This document shows positions 29,723 through 40,467 of a DNA stretch of 64,000 nt, piece by piece. Below the pieces are notes generated by a model, which worked only from the letters and a program-made list of their open reading frames with translations, was not told the origin of the DNA and made no database searches. Within the stretch, counting starts at the first letter, position 1. The number at the start of each line of letters is the position of its first letter. The DNA comes from Gammaproteobacteria bacterium CG_4_10_14_0_2_um_filter_38_22 (lineage in GTDB: Bacteria; Pseudomonadota; Gammaproteobacteria; Coxiellales; Coxiellaceae). The translations under genes and the position numbers were made by a program. The stretch is from assembly GCA_002793195.1 (NCBI GenBank), contig PFPT01000008.1, positions 17,780-81,779 on the forward strand, given 5' to 3'.

Positions 29723-31153
29723 TTAAACTGAATTTTTAACAGCGCCGTTTTGGATTATTGGCGCATTAGAAGATGGCATTGCGATTTCAGTATTTTTTTG
29801 TTCAGTCGCATCACCCGCTTGAATTACCGTTGACAGCATATTTGACATCAATGTTTGTTTTGCTTTGATAAACATCAAAATATTTTGCATATCTTGCTGC
29901 AGCTGCGTAATCGCTGTCTTAATATTTTTTTGCGCAGCTTTATTCGAATAAATAGCTGGAACGCGACTACCAGATTGCAATATTTGCATTGCTAATCTTG
30001 CTTTATTAAACACCATCGATGCCGCAATATTTTGAGCCAATTTATCGACAATAATTGCTTGAATAACCCTTGGTTGTCGTTGAATAGACTCTATTACCTG
30101 TGGTGAAATCGCAGTACCACTTGATCCCAATGCGCTCAGCGCTGATTTATCAGATACCGGTGTTTCATTCGTTACAAGCGCTTGCAGCTTTGGTAGTACC
30201 TGTTGTGTTTCATATTCAATATCAGAATATAAACCTGCACCTGGCTGCGAAGTTTTCTGGCCACCGTTATAAGTGGTAATGGTTTCATCGCCCACAACGT
30301 TAGTAATCCAATCAGCTGCTGCTGTTGAAGTTGGAAAAACCTTTTGAATTTCAGATTGTGTATCACCTAAAAAACCACTGCTTTTAAAACTCGATTGGGT
30401 ATCATTCACAATAACGTTGTAACCTGCCATCGCTGTATCATGAATGACATGAATAACAGGCTGTCCAACGCCGCCTGCATGAGGTGTTGGACCGGCACCC
30501 AACTCAAATGAACCGCCCGTATTTACCCATGGAACACCTGTTTTTCCAGCATCTTGTGAGACATCTTGTCGTGCTTCATTGATATCACCATTACCGGATA
30601 ATTCAGCTGTCCCAATATCTTGTTGCCAGCGATTACCCAATGATATTTGTCCCCAATTTGCATAAGGATTTTCACCGGCACCAATTTCTGATTGCATCAC
30701 TTCGCAACTTTTAGTAGAAATTGCCATATCTTCTTGCGCACCTGACATCGCATTTGTAATTAAGTTATAAAGATTAGGATCGGCACGAGAGAGTTCATAA
30801 AGTGGAAATTCAGTAACAGCGCCTGTTGCCGCACTTAAAACTTCCTGCTCAACATTCATCGCACTATTTTTAATTTCATTCAACGAATTAGTAATGGATG
30901 TAACGGGATTAAAAACACCACAATCAAATCCAAATCCAACACTACCGTTAGCACTTAAAGGAATATAAGAAACATTATAAAAAGCGGGTAGTGGCACATC
31001 ATCACCACCACCCATTTTATAATAAAAACCGCTTCCTACTGCAGGAATTAAACCTTCATCACCCGCATACACTACAGAGCTAATTGAACCACACATAAAA
31101 ACACTTATCGCCAACACGATAGAAATTAATTTTTCTGTCATGAAAAACCTCAA
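29723..31153 (-). CDS. ICE T4SS periplasmic protein (TIGR03755-like)
   Basis: 476 aa with a signal peptide. It occupies the conserved slot upstream of TraG_N in PFGI-1-type ICEs. The family call rests on gene order. Confidence 0.5.
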   Translation of the reverse strand: MRFFMTEKLISIVLAISVFMCGSISSVVYAGDEGLIPAVGSGFYYKMGGGDDVPLPAFYNVSYIPLSANGSVGFGFDCGVFNPVTSITNSLNEIKNSAMNVEQEVLSAATGAVTEFPLYELSRADPNLYNLITNAMSGAQEDMAISTKSCEVMQSEIGAGENPYANWGQISLGNRWQQDIGTAELSGNGDINEARQDVSQDAGKTGVPWVNTGGSFELGAGPTPHAGGVGQPVIHVIHDTAMAGYNVIVNDTQSSFKSSGFLGDTQSEIQKVFPTSTAAADWITNVVGDETITTYNGGQKTSQPGAGLYSDIEYETQQVLPKLQALVTNETPVSDKSALSALGSSGTAISPQVIESIQRQPRVIQAIIVDKLAQNIAASMVFNKARLAMQILQSGSRVPAIYSNKAAQKNIKTAITQLQQDMQNILMFIKAKQTLMSNMLSTVIQAGDATEQKNTEIAMPSSNAPIIQNGAVKNSV

Positions 31154-31213
31154 TGATAATTTTTATAAAGTTAAAAAAAAGGAAAGACATAAGAATAAAA
31201 AATATTTTAAATA

Positions 31214-32224
31214 TTAAAAATTTGCAGAACCTAAATATTTAGCACCACGATCTGGAACACATCCCTGATAATGACGCCATAAAATCCAAACATAACGATT
31301 ATGTCCTTTTGCTGACGCGTCAGCTTCCCACGGCGTAAGACTGCCAATATCACTACCACCAAAAATCACACATTGATTTTCTGCTTTTGGATAAATCATT
31401 TGAAATTGCGCATTTTTACTATTTTGTTTGACGGGATATGCTTTGCAATGATCACCACAATTATTTGATAACGGCATATATAAATGCGGCTGTCCTTCTG
31501 CCGTAATAATGCTAGATGCTCTAATGGCATCCACTGCACCTGCTTTCGCATCATCAGGCTGATTCACATATCCATTCCTAGGATAAAGCGGACCCCAATC
31601 ATGCAAAATCATGGTACCCACATCATCTAATCCAGGAATCAAACTGCCAGGATAAAAACGTTCAAGCGCAGGAAATCGCCATGCATAAGCATCCATTAAA
31701 GATGAATAATAAGGGACAAACGGTTTTGCAGTACTTGGCAGTAATAGCTTGCTGTAATCATTCAAAATAATTAGCGCAGGATTGCCAATAATATCAACCT
31801 CATGAAATTTATTATTGATATCCTTGGGTGAATTATCATTTTCATCACCACCAGAACCCAAATTAAAATGCGTCATATGACTCATTTCTATTTGCCCCGC
31901 TTTGTAAAAAACAGGATCTTCAATTTCACGCGCATAATCCCACGGATTATTATCATGCTGCGTGTAAACACTCACCACATTATCCGGCACATATTGATCT
32001 ACCTTGAGTGTTGTTTTTAAATAACATCCAACGACAGAGCATTTCATCCAAAAACACATGCCGGTAATATGGTAATGCATACAGTGTGAAATCCCTTTAA
32101 ACGTATCTTCAGCTACCGTTAGTGAATCCACTGAGTCATTCGCATACACACAATTTATTGATGCAACATAAAAAGTTGTTAGTACACATCCCAACAAAAA
32201 AAATTTTATTTTATTTTTATTCAT
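31214..32224 (-). CDS. ICE T4SS periplasmic protein (TIGR03756-like)
   Basis: 336 aa with a signal peptide, Cys-rich. It occupies the conserved slot downstream of the ATPase gene. The family call rests on gene order. Confidence 0.5.
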   Translation of the reverse strand: MNKNKIKFFLLGCVLTTFYVASINCVYANDSVDSLTVAEDTFKGISHCMHYHITGMCFWMKCSVVGCYLKTTLKVDQYVPDNVVSVYTQHDNNPWDYAREIEDPVFYKAGQIEMSHMTHFNLGSGGDENDNSPKDINNKFHEVDIIGNPALIILNDYSKLLLPSTAKPFVPYYSSLMDAYAWRFPALERFYPGSLIPGLDDVGTMILHDWGPLYPRNGYVNQPDDAKAGAVDAIRASSIITAEGQPHLYMPLSNNCGDHCKAYPVKQNSKNAQFQMIYPKAENQCVIFGGSDIGSLTPWEADASAKGHNRYVWILWRHYQGCVPDRGAKYLGSANF

Positions 32225-32239
32225 ACTAACTCACACGTA

Positions 32240-35047
32240 TTACTGCATTTTTACAGCAACCATCTTTGCAGCTTCAAGTTCAGAAATATGATATTGATTC
32301 ATGAGTTTTCTACGCTCTGCTTTTTCATGCTTCTCTGTCATTGCTAATGCTAAACTCAAACGTGGTGGCACATTGCGGAATAATGCTTTAATGCGATTAG
32401 ACAACAAAACACCCTCAACATATTTTCGTGACGATTTACGCACTGATCGAAACAATTCACGCTCTTCATCTGTTAATTTTCTAAATTCTTCTACAGATTT
32501 CATTTCAGCTTCACTCATGCCAAGACAAATCCAAAATTCCATCATGGAAAGAATTTTTCTTGCCTCGATTGGAAAATCAGAAACGTTTTGCGTTGCTAAC
32601 CACAACCATAAACCAAATTTACGTGACATTTTTGCGCATTTTGTTAAATACACGACGGTCAATAAATTTTTAGTAATCGTGTGAATTTCATCGCCAAAAA
32701 ACAGTGTAAAACGTTCTTCAAATTGACGTTCTTCTGCTTTAGCCATCGTGCGAGACATCAGCCCCATAAAAGCTAATGCATTGTGTGCTTCATAACCTTC
32801 ATCTTTAAAAAGACCCTGCTCGAAGAGTGTGATATCCGCTTGCGGCCATGCAGTACCGCGACGATTAAATACCAGATTAGCGATCGCATCTTTAGTGAAG
32901 AATGCCATGCTATCGGCCATTAAACGCAGTTTAATTTTTTTTTCAGGTTCTCTTTTAGCTTCATTTAATTCAGACGCCATTTCATAAAATGCTTTTATAA
33001 CATCCTCAGGAATCATTTGATTAAATCCAGCCGATTTTGCAGCACGCGCTGCACGAACTAGCGCTTCTAAAATTAACATACGATCCTGGCGCGTCATATT
33101 TTCCTGCTCTTTCTGCTCGCCACCTGTAATCATTAATTGTGCGCTCAATGCCATTTCGCCCATGTAATCACGTGTTATTTCAGTCTCGATATCTGAAATT
33201 TCAGATTGATTCATAGAGGTAATGTTATGATCATCCACATCGATAAAATCTTTTTCCAAACGAGTTTCTAATTTTATTAGTACTTGATCATTGAGTTGAT
33301 CTTGCATCATGGAATCGACTTGATTCAGCATTTTTTCGCTATCAACAAAGGGATTTAAAATTGGTGGATTTTCTAATGTTACCGCAACGTGATGAACGGA
33401 TAATCCATTTTCAGAAAAATAATCTTTTACTAAATGAAATGAATTTCCAGCATCAACCATAACCAAATAAGGTCGATACGTTCCCATAATTTTTATTAAA
33501 AGATCAGTGCTTGTTGCCGATTTACCAGAACCGGTAGAACCCAATAAAAGTAAATGACTATTTTGATCTTTGTCTTTTGGATTAAAAGGATCAATCGTAA
33601 AACTCTCGCCACCGCGATTTAAAAACTGAAGCAAAGGATGTCCTGTTCCACGCTCACGGCCATATAGTGGAATTAAATTTGCTAATTGTTTTGCAAAAAC
33701 ATATCCGCTTCGATACAAATTTTTCTTATCAAAACGATAGCTGTAGCAAAATGGTAAATTATTAAGATAGGTGTGTATCGGAACTAAATCATGATCACTT
33801 TTAAGAACATGAAACCCATTGTTAATTAATAATGAATCTAATTTATTTTCTTTTTCAGCTAAATCTTCCAGATTATTACCCGATAAATAAACGCCCATCG
33901 TTGTTGGAAATAAATAATTTCCTTTTTCAATAGCACGTTTTGCAATTTGACAATCTTCAAAAGTAACAGTAGCAGCAGTAGTATTACTTTTACGCGCGCC
34001 TTCTTCAATACGATCTAAATGATTTTTTACTATTTCCTGAGATTGAATAATTACAGTAATAACAAAACTGGCACCTTCTGGAAAATTATCAAATAATCCA
34101 TAACGAAAACTACCAAATGCACGATCACGTGTTAGATGTCCTATATCAGGCACTTTATTGAGATGCTGAACTGTCACATAACGATGCGGCAATCCATCAA
34201 AATACCAAACACCTTCTTTTTCATTAGACTCAGGAACGGAATAAAATAATTGCTCACTAAAATCATAGCCAAAAGGTCGTTCATCATCTGATTTAGGATC
34301 TGGAATTAAATTTAACAAACAATCGACATTATTGTTTGTGATTTTTGGCCGCGGATTAAACCATCGAATCATCCAATCTTGAAAATCTTTTCCATTTAAA
34401 CGTTTTGCTTCGATTCCAACCCCATTTAATTTAGAAACAAAGCTAGTAGCAACTTGATTCAAATCTTGCAGCGTAGTTCTGCCTCTATTCAAAGCCATTT
34501 TTGCTGAAAACTGACGATAAATAACAACGCGCACTTTGCGCTGTCCACCATGAAAATAACTATCTGTTACTTTATCATCATAAAAAACACCGCCTGCACG
34601 TGATAGCCATTCACAATATTCTTTCATCAAATTGAGATAATTATCTTTAAATGGACTATCTTGTGCGGGCGGTTGAATGTAGTTATGAATGGCTTGATAC
34701 AAATACCCCATACTCAATTCATCTTGAACATAAAACTGTAAAATCCAAGGCGATTCCTCATCTCGATATTGCGCAAATGTATCTTGAAAAATTCCCTGAA
34801 GACCATCACGCAATTGCACAAGATAGCTTTCCGGTTTTGCTTCACTTGCAACCAAAGCTAATTCAAAAACAGCGCCAACTGTCGTATCTTGCAATACAAC
34901 ACTTTGGCTCTTTTTATCAAATTCTACCCATGGCAAATGTTTTAATATGGAATTGGGTAATTGATAATTTTTTTTTGCCAAGATAACAGTTAATTTATTA
35001 TTATCATCTTTTTGCATTTCAGTATTTTTCTCATTCTTTATTGACAT
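32240..35047 (-). CDS. Conjugative transfer ATPase (VirB4/TraC-like, PFL_4706/TIGR03744 type)
   Basis: 935 aa with Walker A 'LLLGSTGSGKSATS' and a downstream acidic Walker B region. Size and position are typical of the GI-T4SS ATPase. Confidence 0.85.
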   Translation of the reverse strand: MSIKNEKNTEMQKDDNNKLTVILAKKNYQLPNSILKHLPWVEFDKKSQSVVLQDTTVGAVFELALVASEAKPESYLVQLRDGLQGIFQDTFAQYRDEESPWILQFYVQDELSMGYLYQAIHNYIQPPAQDSPFKDNYLNLMKEYCEWLSRAGGVFYDDKVTDSYFHGGQRKVRVVIYRQFSAKMALNRGRTTLQDLNQVATSFVSKLNGVGIEAKRLNGKDFQDWMIRWFNPRPKITNNNVDCLLNLIPDPKSDDERPFGYDFSEQLFYSVPESNEKEGVWYFDGLPHRYVTVQHLNKVPDIGHLTRDRAFGSFRYGLFDNFPEGASFVITVIIQSQEIVKNHLDRIEEGARKSNTTAATVTFEDCQIAKRAIEKGNYLFPTTMGVYLSGNNLEDLAEKENKLDSLLINNGFHVLKSDHDLVPIHTYLNNLPFCYSYRFDKKNLYRSGYVFAKQLANLIPLYGRERGTGHPLLQFLNRGGESFTIDPFNPKDKDQNSHLLLLGSTGSGKSATSTDLLIKIMGTYRPYLVMVDAGNSFHLVKDYFSENGLSVHHVAVTLENPPILNPFVDSEKMLNQVDSMMQDQLNDQVLIKLETRLEKDFIDVDDHNITSMNQSEISDIETEITRDYMGEMALSAQLMITGGEQKEQENMTRQDRMLILEALVRAARAAKSAGFNQMIPEDVIKAFYEMASELNEAKREPEKKIKLRLMADSMAFFTKDAIANLVFNRRGTAWPQADITLFEQGLFKDEGYEAHNALAFMGLMSRTMAKAEERQFEERFTLFFGDEIHTITKNLLTVVYLTKCAKMSRKFGLWLWLATQNVSDFPIEARKILSMMEFWICLGMSEAEMKSVEEFRKLTDEERELFRSVRKSSRKYVEGVLLSNRIKALFRNVPPRLSLALAMTEKHEKAERRKLMNQYHISELEAAKMVAVKMQ

Positions 35048-35064
35048 GTCTTAGCTCTCAAAAT

Positions 35065-36741
35065 TTAACTACTTCTAATAGTCATTTGTGTTTTTGCAAC
35101 ATCAATTATTTTATTGCATTGCTGTAATTCACGCGCATAATGACTTTTGGTAAAGGGATTCCAAGAATTTTTTTCAAAAGAGTGATTACTATCAATAGAC
35201 TTTTTAATAAATGATTTTATTTCACCTAATGTTCTGCAATTTAAAATTGCTATCGAAAGCTCATTAGCATTGATTAATTTTTTCTGCGTTTTATCTTTAT
35301 TTCTGTGATACCCTCTAAAAAAACGATGCTCAAAATTCATCTTATGTGCAACCTTAATAGTTTGCGATGTTCTTGAGTTCATGTAATTTACAATAATATC
35401 ACTAATTACTTTTTTGACATTGACAGCAGACTTCTCTATTTCTGATCTTGAAGAAGTTGCTTTTCCTGAAGATAGTTGTAAGTCTTGGTGATGTAAATCA
35501 CCAATCGCATGCGATTGCGCATCACCTAATGATCCTGCTTTTTTAATAGCACAATAAAGACTATATTTTTTTGAAATAAAGCGCTGCAGCGCTGTTTTGT
35601 TTTTTATAGGTAATTTTTTATAATCTTTTTCTAGCAATAGAATATTTTTCCTATTTAAAAGAAATGTGTTTGAAATAAAATATTCTACTGGCAGACGCTC
35701 TTGCTTAATAAAAAAAATTAATGCGTTAGCATGTACGATTGAGAACTCATCTCCAAACATTTTCAAGTGATCTGATCGCAAACCTAAAGCTGCTAATTCA
35801 CACAATGTCAATGCTTGCAATTTATTAATCCCAGCTACTTCTTGCATCGCTTGATTTTCTGACATGAGACTATTTTGCAATATTAATTTTAAAGCAATCG
35901 TGTAAGCAGGAAAATTAGTGTTTATGTCAATTAAATTTATTTTTCTAATACCGTATTCATAGCCATATCTTAATACATCTGCTTGTATTGCATTAAGACC
36001 ACTTACTTCTGCGATGGCAAGCGATAACGAAATCTTGAAATACACAATAAGAAAATACATTGCTTCTAATACTGCAACCTCATGAACACGTACACCGTGT
36101 TTTTTTAAATAACCCTGGGTAATTTCTAATTCATTAATGCTGCATGCATTATTAATTAATATTAAAATCTCTAATCTTCTGTCTTTTACAAAGTATTCTT
36201 TCTGAGATAGTGGTAAATCTATTTTTGATCGCCATTTTATTGAAAAAAGGCCATCTGTTTCTTTAACTCCCCATGCTATTTTTTGTCTTGTTAATTCTTC
36301 CTCAGAAACTAACATCTCTAGCGCTTGAATTCCCTTTAGAATTATTTTTTGCGTGACTTGGCGAAAAAAAATCGGTGATGATATATCATGCGCAGGACGT
36401 CCCAATGAGAAATAATGTTTAATAACGCTTCTTATTCCAAAATCACCATACAAAACATAATTGTTAAAGCAAACATCATTAATAAATTTTAATGAAACAA
36501 TAAACTCCATTTGCGTGGTTTCTTCAGCTTCGTTATTTTTTTGAAAGTAAAGCTTATCTAAAGATCTTAAAAAAGTATCACAATCTTCTGATAGAGCTTT
36601 TTTTAAAAAAATACATTTTGTGCCAATATCAACGTCTTGATAATCTAAAATAGTTTCAAAATAACTTCCTTCTTCTCCAAGAAATGAATTTAATAAATCA
36701 AACTCTATTGAAAGCAATTGCTGCACGCTGTTATCTCTCAT
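35065..36741 (-). CDS. Orphan 558-aa protein inserted in the T4SS operon (no family recognised; internal repeat motif)
   Basis: Long uninterrupted ORF tightly packed between the lipoprotein and ATPase genes. It has a repeated motif: 'AIAEVSGLNAIQADVLRYG' and 'AMQEVAGINKLQALTLCELAALG'. No TM segment or signal peptide is evident. Confidence 0.6.
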   Translation of the reverse strand: MRDNSVQQLLSIEFDLLNSFLGEEGSYFETILDYQDVDIGTKCIFLKKALSEDCDTFLRSLDKLYFQKNNEAEETTQMEFIVSLKFINDVCFNNYVLYGDFGIRSVIKHYFSLGRPAHDISSPIFFRQVTQKIILKGIQALEMLVSEEELTRQKIAWGVKETDGLFSIKWRSKIDLPLSQKEYFVKDRRLEILILINNACSINELEITQGYLKKHGVRVHEVAVLEAMYFLIVYFKISLSLAIAEVSGLNAIQADVLRYGYEYGIRKINLIDINTNFPAYTIALKLILQNSLMSENQAMQEVAGINKLQALTLCELAALGLRSDHLKMFGDEFSIVHANALIFFIKQERLPVEYFISNTFLLNRKNILLLEKDYKKLPIKNKTALQRFISKKYSLYCAIKKAGSLGDAQSHAIGDLHHQDLQLSSGKATSSRSEIEKSAVNVKKVISDIIVNYMNSRTSQTIKVAHKMNFEHRFFRGYHRNKDKTQKKLINANELSIAILNCRTLGEIKSFIKKSIDSNHSFEKNSWNPFTKSHYARELQQCNKIIDVAKTQMTIRSS

Positions 36742-36803
36742 ATGATCACCTTTTGAAAATAGAAATAAGTTGTATTGATTAATTTTTACATTGAAATGTG
36801 AAA

Positions 36804-37232
36804 TTATTGTGTATCGACTTCACCAGGCATTGCGTAATACACATGTTGATACAGCGGAAATACCGTTGAATACCCTGGAACAGGCGTTAAATTATTGCCC
36901 CTGCCCGCTTCATGGGGATATACATACATCACAACACTCGGATTAGGCAGCATTGGAAATTGACTGTCGATTTGATTTTGCTCTGTACTAGTATAACCCG
37001 TGTAATTAACCGGCTGCTGTTTAAGTGATGCCACTTTATTACGAACTTGTTTGATTGAACCGCTTCCAGATGAATCATTTGTACCATCAATAGCATCGTT
37101 ATAAGCACGCTGCATTGATACACTTCCTTTCGGCATTTTACTCGACATCATACTCGAGCAACTGCTTAAAAAAAGTGTACTCAACACCATGCTAATCAAG
37201 CCAGCTGTTATTAGTCTGCAACGCATTTTCAT
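36804..37232 (-). CDS. Conjugal transfer lipoprotein (TIGR03751-like)
   Basis: Lipobox 'LFLSSC' after a hydrophobic leader. About 140 aa, following the TIGR03752-like gene with overlap. Confidence 0.6.
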   Translation of the reverse strand: MKMRCRLITAGLISMVLSTLFLSSCSSMMSSKMPKGSVSMQRAYNDAIDGTNDSSGSGSIKQVRNKVASLKQQPVNYTGYTSTEQNQIDSQFPMLPNPSVVMYVYPHEAGRGNNLTPVPGYSTVFPLYQHVYYAMPGEVDTQ

Positions 37233-38547
37233 AACTGACTTTCCTCGCATTAGAATCATGATTAATAGAAATTTGTTTGGAGATATTCACAACCACTTTC
37301 ATGGGATGACCTGTTTTAGAATCAACATTTGATACATACACATAATCAAATGAATTTTGAACGCGTCGATTCCACCAAGTTTGTGCCGCCTGTGCTGCAG
37401 CTGAACCACCCTGACCAATAGCTGCTTTATTTGCACTGCCAATTAATGTGCGAATATTATTTCCATCAGAATTTGTCGATGTCATATATTGCGAATCAGT
37501 AATTGCATTTGCATAACCTTGCGCACCAGCAAAAGCCATTTGTGCACCTAAAAATATTGCAGCATCACTATGAAAGGTTCCTGCAATACAGGGGTTACCT
37601 GTTTGACTTGATATATATCCCAAGCTGTTATCATTACTTTTCGTTTGCGTAGTGCTAATGGTGCCGTCACTAAAAATAAAAGTAATACTATGAATATCCC
37701 CACGAGAACAACTACCTAACAAATCACCGCTTGCAACACCACTCATCACAGCCCCTTTTACACCGGGCATGGGATAACCATTCGCTGTTAAATTTTCCGA
37801 GGAAAGAACTAGCTTGAAATGATATGGAGACGGTAATTGTCCATCAATCGGTATGCGACCAACCAAAGGCGTCATCAAAACTGCGCCAGTCAATGTCGCA
37901 TTCACTGGAATTGTATAAGCAGGCTTAACTAAATCTTTTTTACTATTACTGTCTTGATCTAATAAATTTTTTTTACCATTATGCAGCAAAGAATTTTTAT
38001 TATTATTTTGATTACCCGTTACGAAATTTAAAAAACTATTATCCGAGAATTTGTTATTATTATTTTTAATACCTGCAGGCTGCGACAAATCAGATATCCA
38101 CACAAAAGAATCACGATCAACGTCATCATTTACACCATCAACAAAATATTTTTTATTTTGACCGGTATCTTTATTGATTAACATTTTCTGATTTCCTTCG
38201 CTTTTTTGGTTTGTCTGGTTTTGTGATTGAATTTTCGCTAACGCTTGTTTCATTTGAAGCGCAACCGCTTTTTTCAAATTCACAACAGACGTATTATTCT
38301 GAGACTGAAGCTGCTGCACATTTTTTTGAAGCTGTTTATTTTCATTTTCGACATTCACTAAATCTGCCGTCATAGTTTTTAATGCTTCAACTTTGTTATC
38401 AGCAGATGCGTTATCGTTAATGTAATGCGCTTGCTGCTGCTCTGATGTTCTATTTCCTGAAATAGAAATCATAATAATCATTACCAGCAATACACCCGCA
38501 ATTAATCCACTAAATAATTTGGTCGTCTTACTTAAATTTTTAAACAT
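37192..38547 (-). CDS. ICE T4SS protein (TIGR03752-like; VirB10/TraB-analogous)
   Basis: 451 aa: N-terminal TM, a coiled-coil with a Q/N-rich linker, and a conserved C-terminal beta domain. It is in the canonical position. Confidence 0.55.
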   Translation of the reverse strand: MFKNLSKTTKLFSGLIAGVLLVMIIMISISGNRTSEQQQAHYINDNASADNKVEALKTMTADLVNVENENKQLQKNVQQLQSQNNTSVVNLKKAVALQMKQALAKIQSQNQTNQKSEGNQKMLINKDTGQNKKYFVDGVNDDVDRDSFVWISDLSQPAGIKNNNNKFSDNSFLNFVTGNQNNNKNSLLHNGKKNLLDQDSNSKKDLVKPAYTIPVNATLTGAVLMTPLVGRIPIDGQLPSPYHFKLVLSSENLTANGYPMPGVKGAVMSGVASGDLLGSCSRGDIHSITFIFSDGTISTTQTKSNDNSLGYISSQTGNPCIAGTFHSDAAIFLGAQMAFAGAQGYANAITDSQYMTSTNSDGNNIRTLIGSANKAAIGQGGSAAAQAAQTWWNRRVQNSFDYVYVSNVDSKTGHPMKVVVNISKQISINHDSNARKVSYENALQTNNSWLD

Positions 38548-38563
38548 ATATAAATCTCCGCTC

Positions 38564-39415
38564 TCAATTCAAACAAGATTGAATCGCTTCAGAAAATGGT
38601 TTGTCTGACACAATAAATAACGTCGTTGCATCTTGATTAATCGGAGTACCATGCGAAGATAAAGTCGTTTGCGGATAAAAACTGGCTGTTTTCCAATCAC
38701 CGCAGATTAAACGAGGATCAAGTTTTAATGGCTGATTTAGTAGATTCTCAATAAATACAGCAGTCACAAAATAATCACCTCCCTGCCAACTTGCCAATGG
38801 CATTGCTGATACACTGTCATCATAAAAAATGGGTACAGTGTGTGCCGTTTCCATTGGAAAACGCGTAATACTGCTGGATTGTTTTAATAATCTTTCAGGT
38901 GAATATAATTGCTGAACAGCGTAACGAATCAAAGTGACGTAAGTAACACTAGATCGGCTGACAGACTGATCAGTAGTTGTTGTAATACTTTTTACTTTTT
39001 TTGGAAACACAATATCAACCGGATTATCATTTGCATTTTTTTTTGCATTGATATCCAGCAGAATAATTTCACCATCATTAAGCTTTACTTCTGTTCTTTG
39101 CGTTTTGAACGGTTTTTTCGCATCAAAATATAATGTTTGATTATCGTTTTCTACGCTTAATACCGAAGAAGGTAATAAATTTTTGTTGTAACCAAATTTT
39201 ACGCCACTTGGAAAAGTCACAAATCGTTCTTTACCAACTGGCAATGTCACTTCAATAGGTGCTCGCTTCCACACAACATGCACATCTGAATTACTATCGG
39301 TATTTAATGTGTTTGCTGCATAAGAGATGCTAGAGATACAGAACAACGCTGCCATTACTTCTGCTGCAAAAAAAGAAAATAAATATTTCGCAATGCGAGT
39401 CATTTTAAACTCCAT
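38564..39415 (-). CDS. ICE T4SS periplasmic protein (TIGR03749-like)
   Basis: 283 aa with a signal peptide, in the canonical position. Confidence 0.5.
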   Translation of the reverse strand: MEFKMTRIAKYLFSFFAAEVMAALFCISSISYAANTLNTDSNSDVHVVWKRAPIEVTLPVGKERFVTFPSGVKFGYNKNLLPSSVLSVENDNQTLYFDAKKPFKTQRTEVKLNDGEIILLDINAKKNANDNPVDIVFPKKVKSITTTTDQSVSRSSVTYVTLIRYAVQQLYSPERLLKQSSSITRFPMETAHTVPIFYDDSVSAMPLASWQGGDYFVTAVFIENLLNQPLKLDPRLICGDWKTASFYPQTTLSSHGTPINQDATTLFIVSDKPFSEAIQSCLN

Positions 39416-39457
39416 AATATTTTTTATTAGAAATAAAGAAATTAAAAGTGTGGTAAA

Positions 39458-40087
39458 TCAGACAATGGTTTTATCGCGCACAGGACTTTTTGCAAAACCC
39501 GCAATAGCTAATCCCCAATGATTACTATTAGGATCGATATCGTAACGAACAACTTTGAGTGCATAAGACACCTGAATATCTTTCACGATTTTTGCATTAC
39601 TATTCATCATTTCAGTTAATCGCATTTTCAAATAGACAATCCAAGTGCCATGGCCCACGTATTTCACATCTGTTGGTGAATATTCACTTCCCGTCAAACC
39701 TTGCATAACCCGAATACGATCTTGCAACTCACCTTGATTGAGCAAATTATTGTAATCTTCTATCAAACTATTTTTAAAAGAAGGTGTTAAATAAGCAGAA
39801 TAATCTGTAATTTGCTGTTTATAATCCTGCATTCCGTTATTTGACCAATGATTAAGACTTTGCCAAACATAAAATGCAAAACCATAAATAGTTGCAGACG
39901 GAACTACTTTTCCTGTTGTTTGCAATCCACTGCTCGGTATTTTTGGCGGTATATAAATTGTCATATTATCTTGCGCACGATGCCAAAAAAATTCTGTTGT
40001 AAGATTGGATAATGACAATAATGAAACGATCACCAGCAAATATTTTATGAGACGCTTTGATTCATCAAGCGCATTTAAAAATTTCAT
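39458..40087 (-). CDS. ICE T4SS protein (TIGR03746-like)
   Basis: The start at 40087 has a GGAGG RBS and an ATGA overlap with the upstream gene. It has an N-terminal TM anchor and is in the canonical position. Confidence 0.5.
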   Translation of the reverse strand: MKFLNALDESKRLIKYLLVIVSLLSLSNLTTEFFWHRAQDNMTIYIPPKIPSSGLQTTGKVVPSATIYGFAFYVWQSLNHWSNNGMQDYKQQITDYSAYLTPSFKNSLIEDYNNLLNQGELQDRIRVMQGLTGSEYSPTDVKYVGHGTWIVYLKMRLTEMMNSNAKIVKDIQVSYALKVVRYDIDPNSNHWGLAIAGFAKSPVRDKTIV

Positions 40088-40452
40088 GTAAAAAACCTCC
40101 GAACAGACCATTTACCTGAATAACGTATAAATGGTGATGATTGAATGCCTTGATCTTCTAACCACAATTGAAATTGCTGTTTAATGTATCCTTTTGGTTT
40201 ACCATCTTTGAGATTTTGCATAATGGTTGCAAAAACCCATCCGACAGGAATGGCAGCAGGAAAACTCAAACCTGCACCAACAAGAAACATACCTATTAGA
40301 CATTTGCTTATTGTTCCAAGCATCACCACGGTTAATGCAAGGCTAATTACTGCAATCACAATCATTTCTTTTCTGGTATTACCGCGAAATGCAATTACAT
40401 CAAAATTTAATCGTGATGCTAAAATATCGGGCATTTCTTCATACATACCCAC
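40084..40452 (-). CDS. Conjugal transfer membrane protein (TIGR03750-like)
   Basis: 122 aa with two TM helices, in the canonical position. Confidence 0.5.
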   Translation of the reverse strand: MGMYEEMPDILASRLNFDVIAFRGNTRKEMIVIAVISLALTVVMLGTISKCLIGMFLVGAGLSFPAAIPVGWVFATIMQNLKDGKPKGYIKQQFQLWLEDQGIQSSPFIRYSGKWSVRRFFT

Positions 40453-40467
40453 TCTCCTCGATGCATA

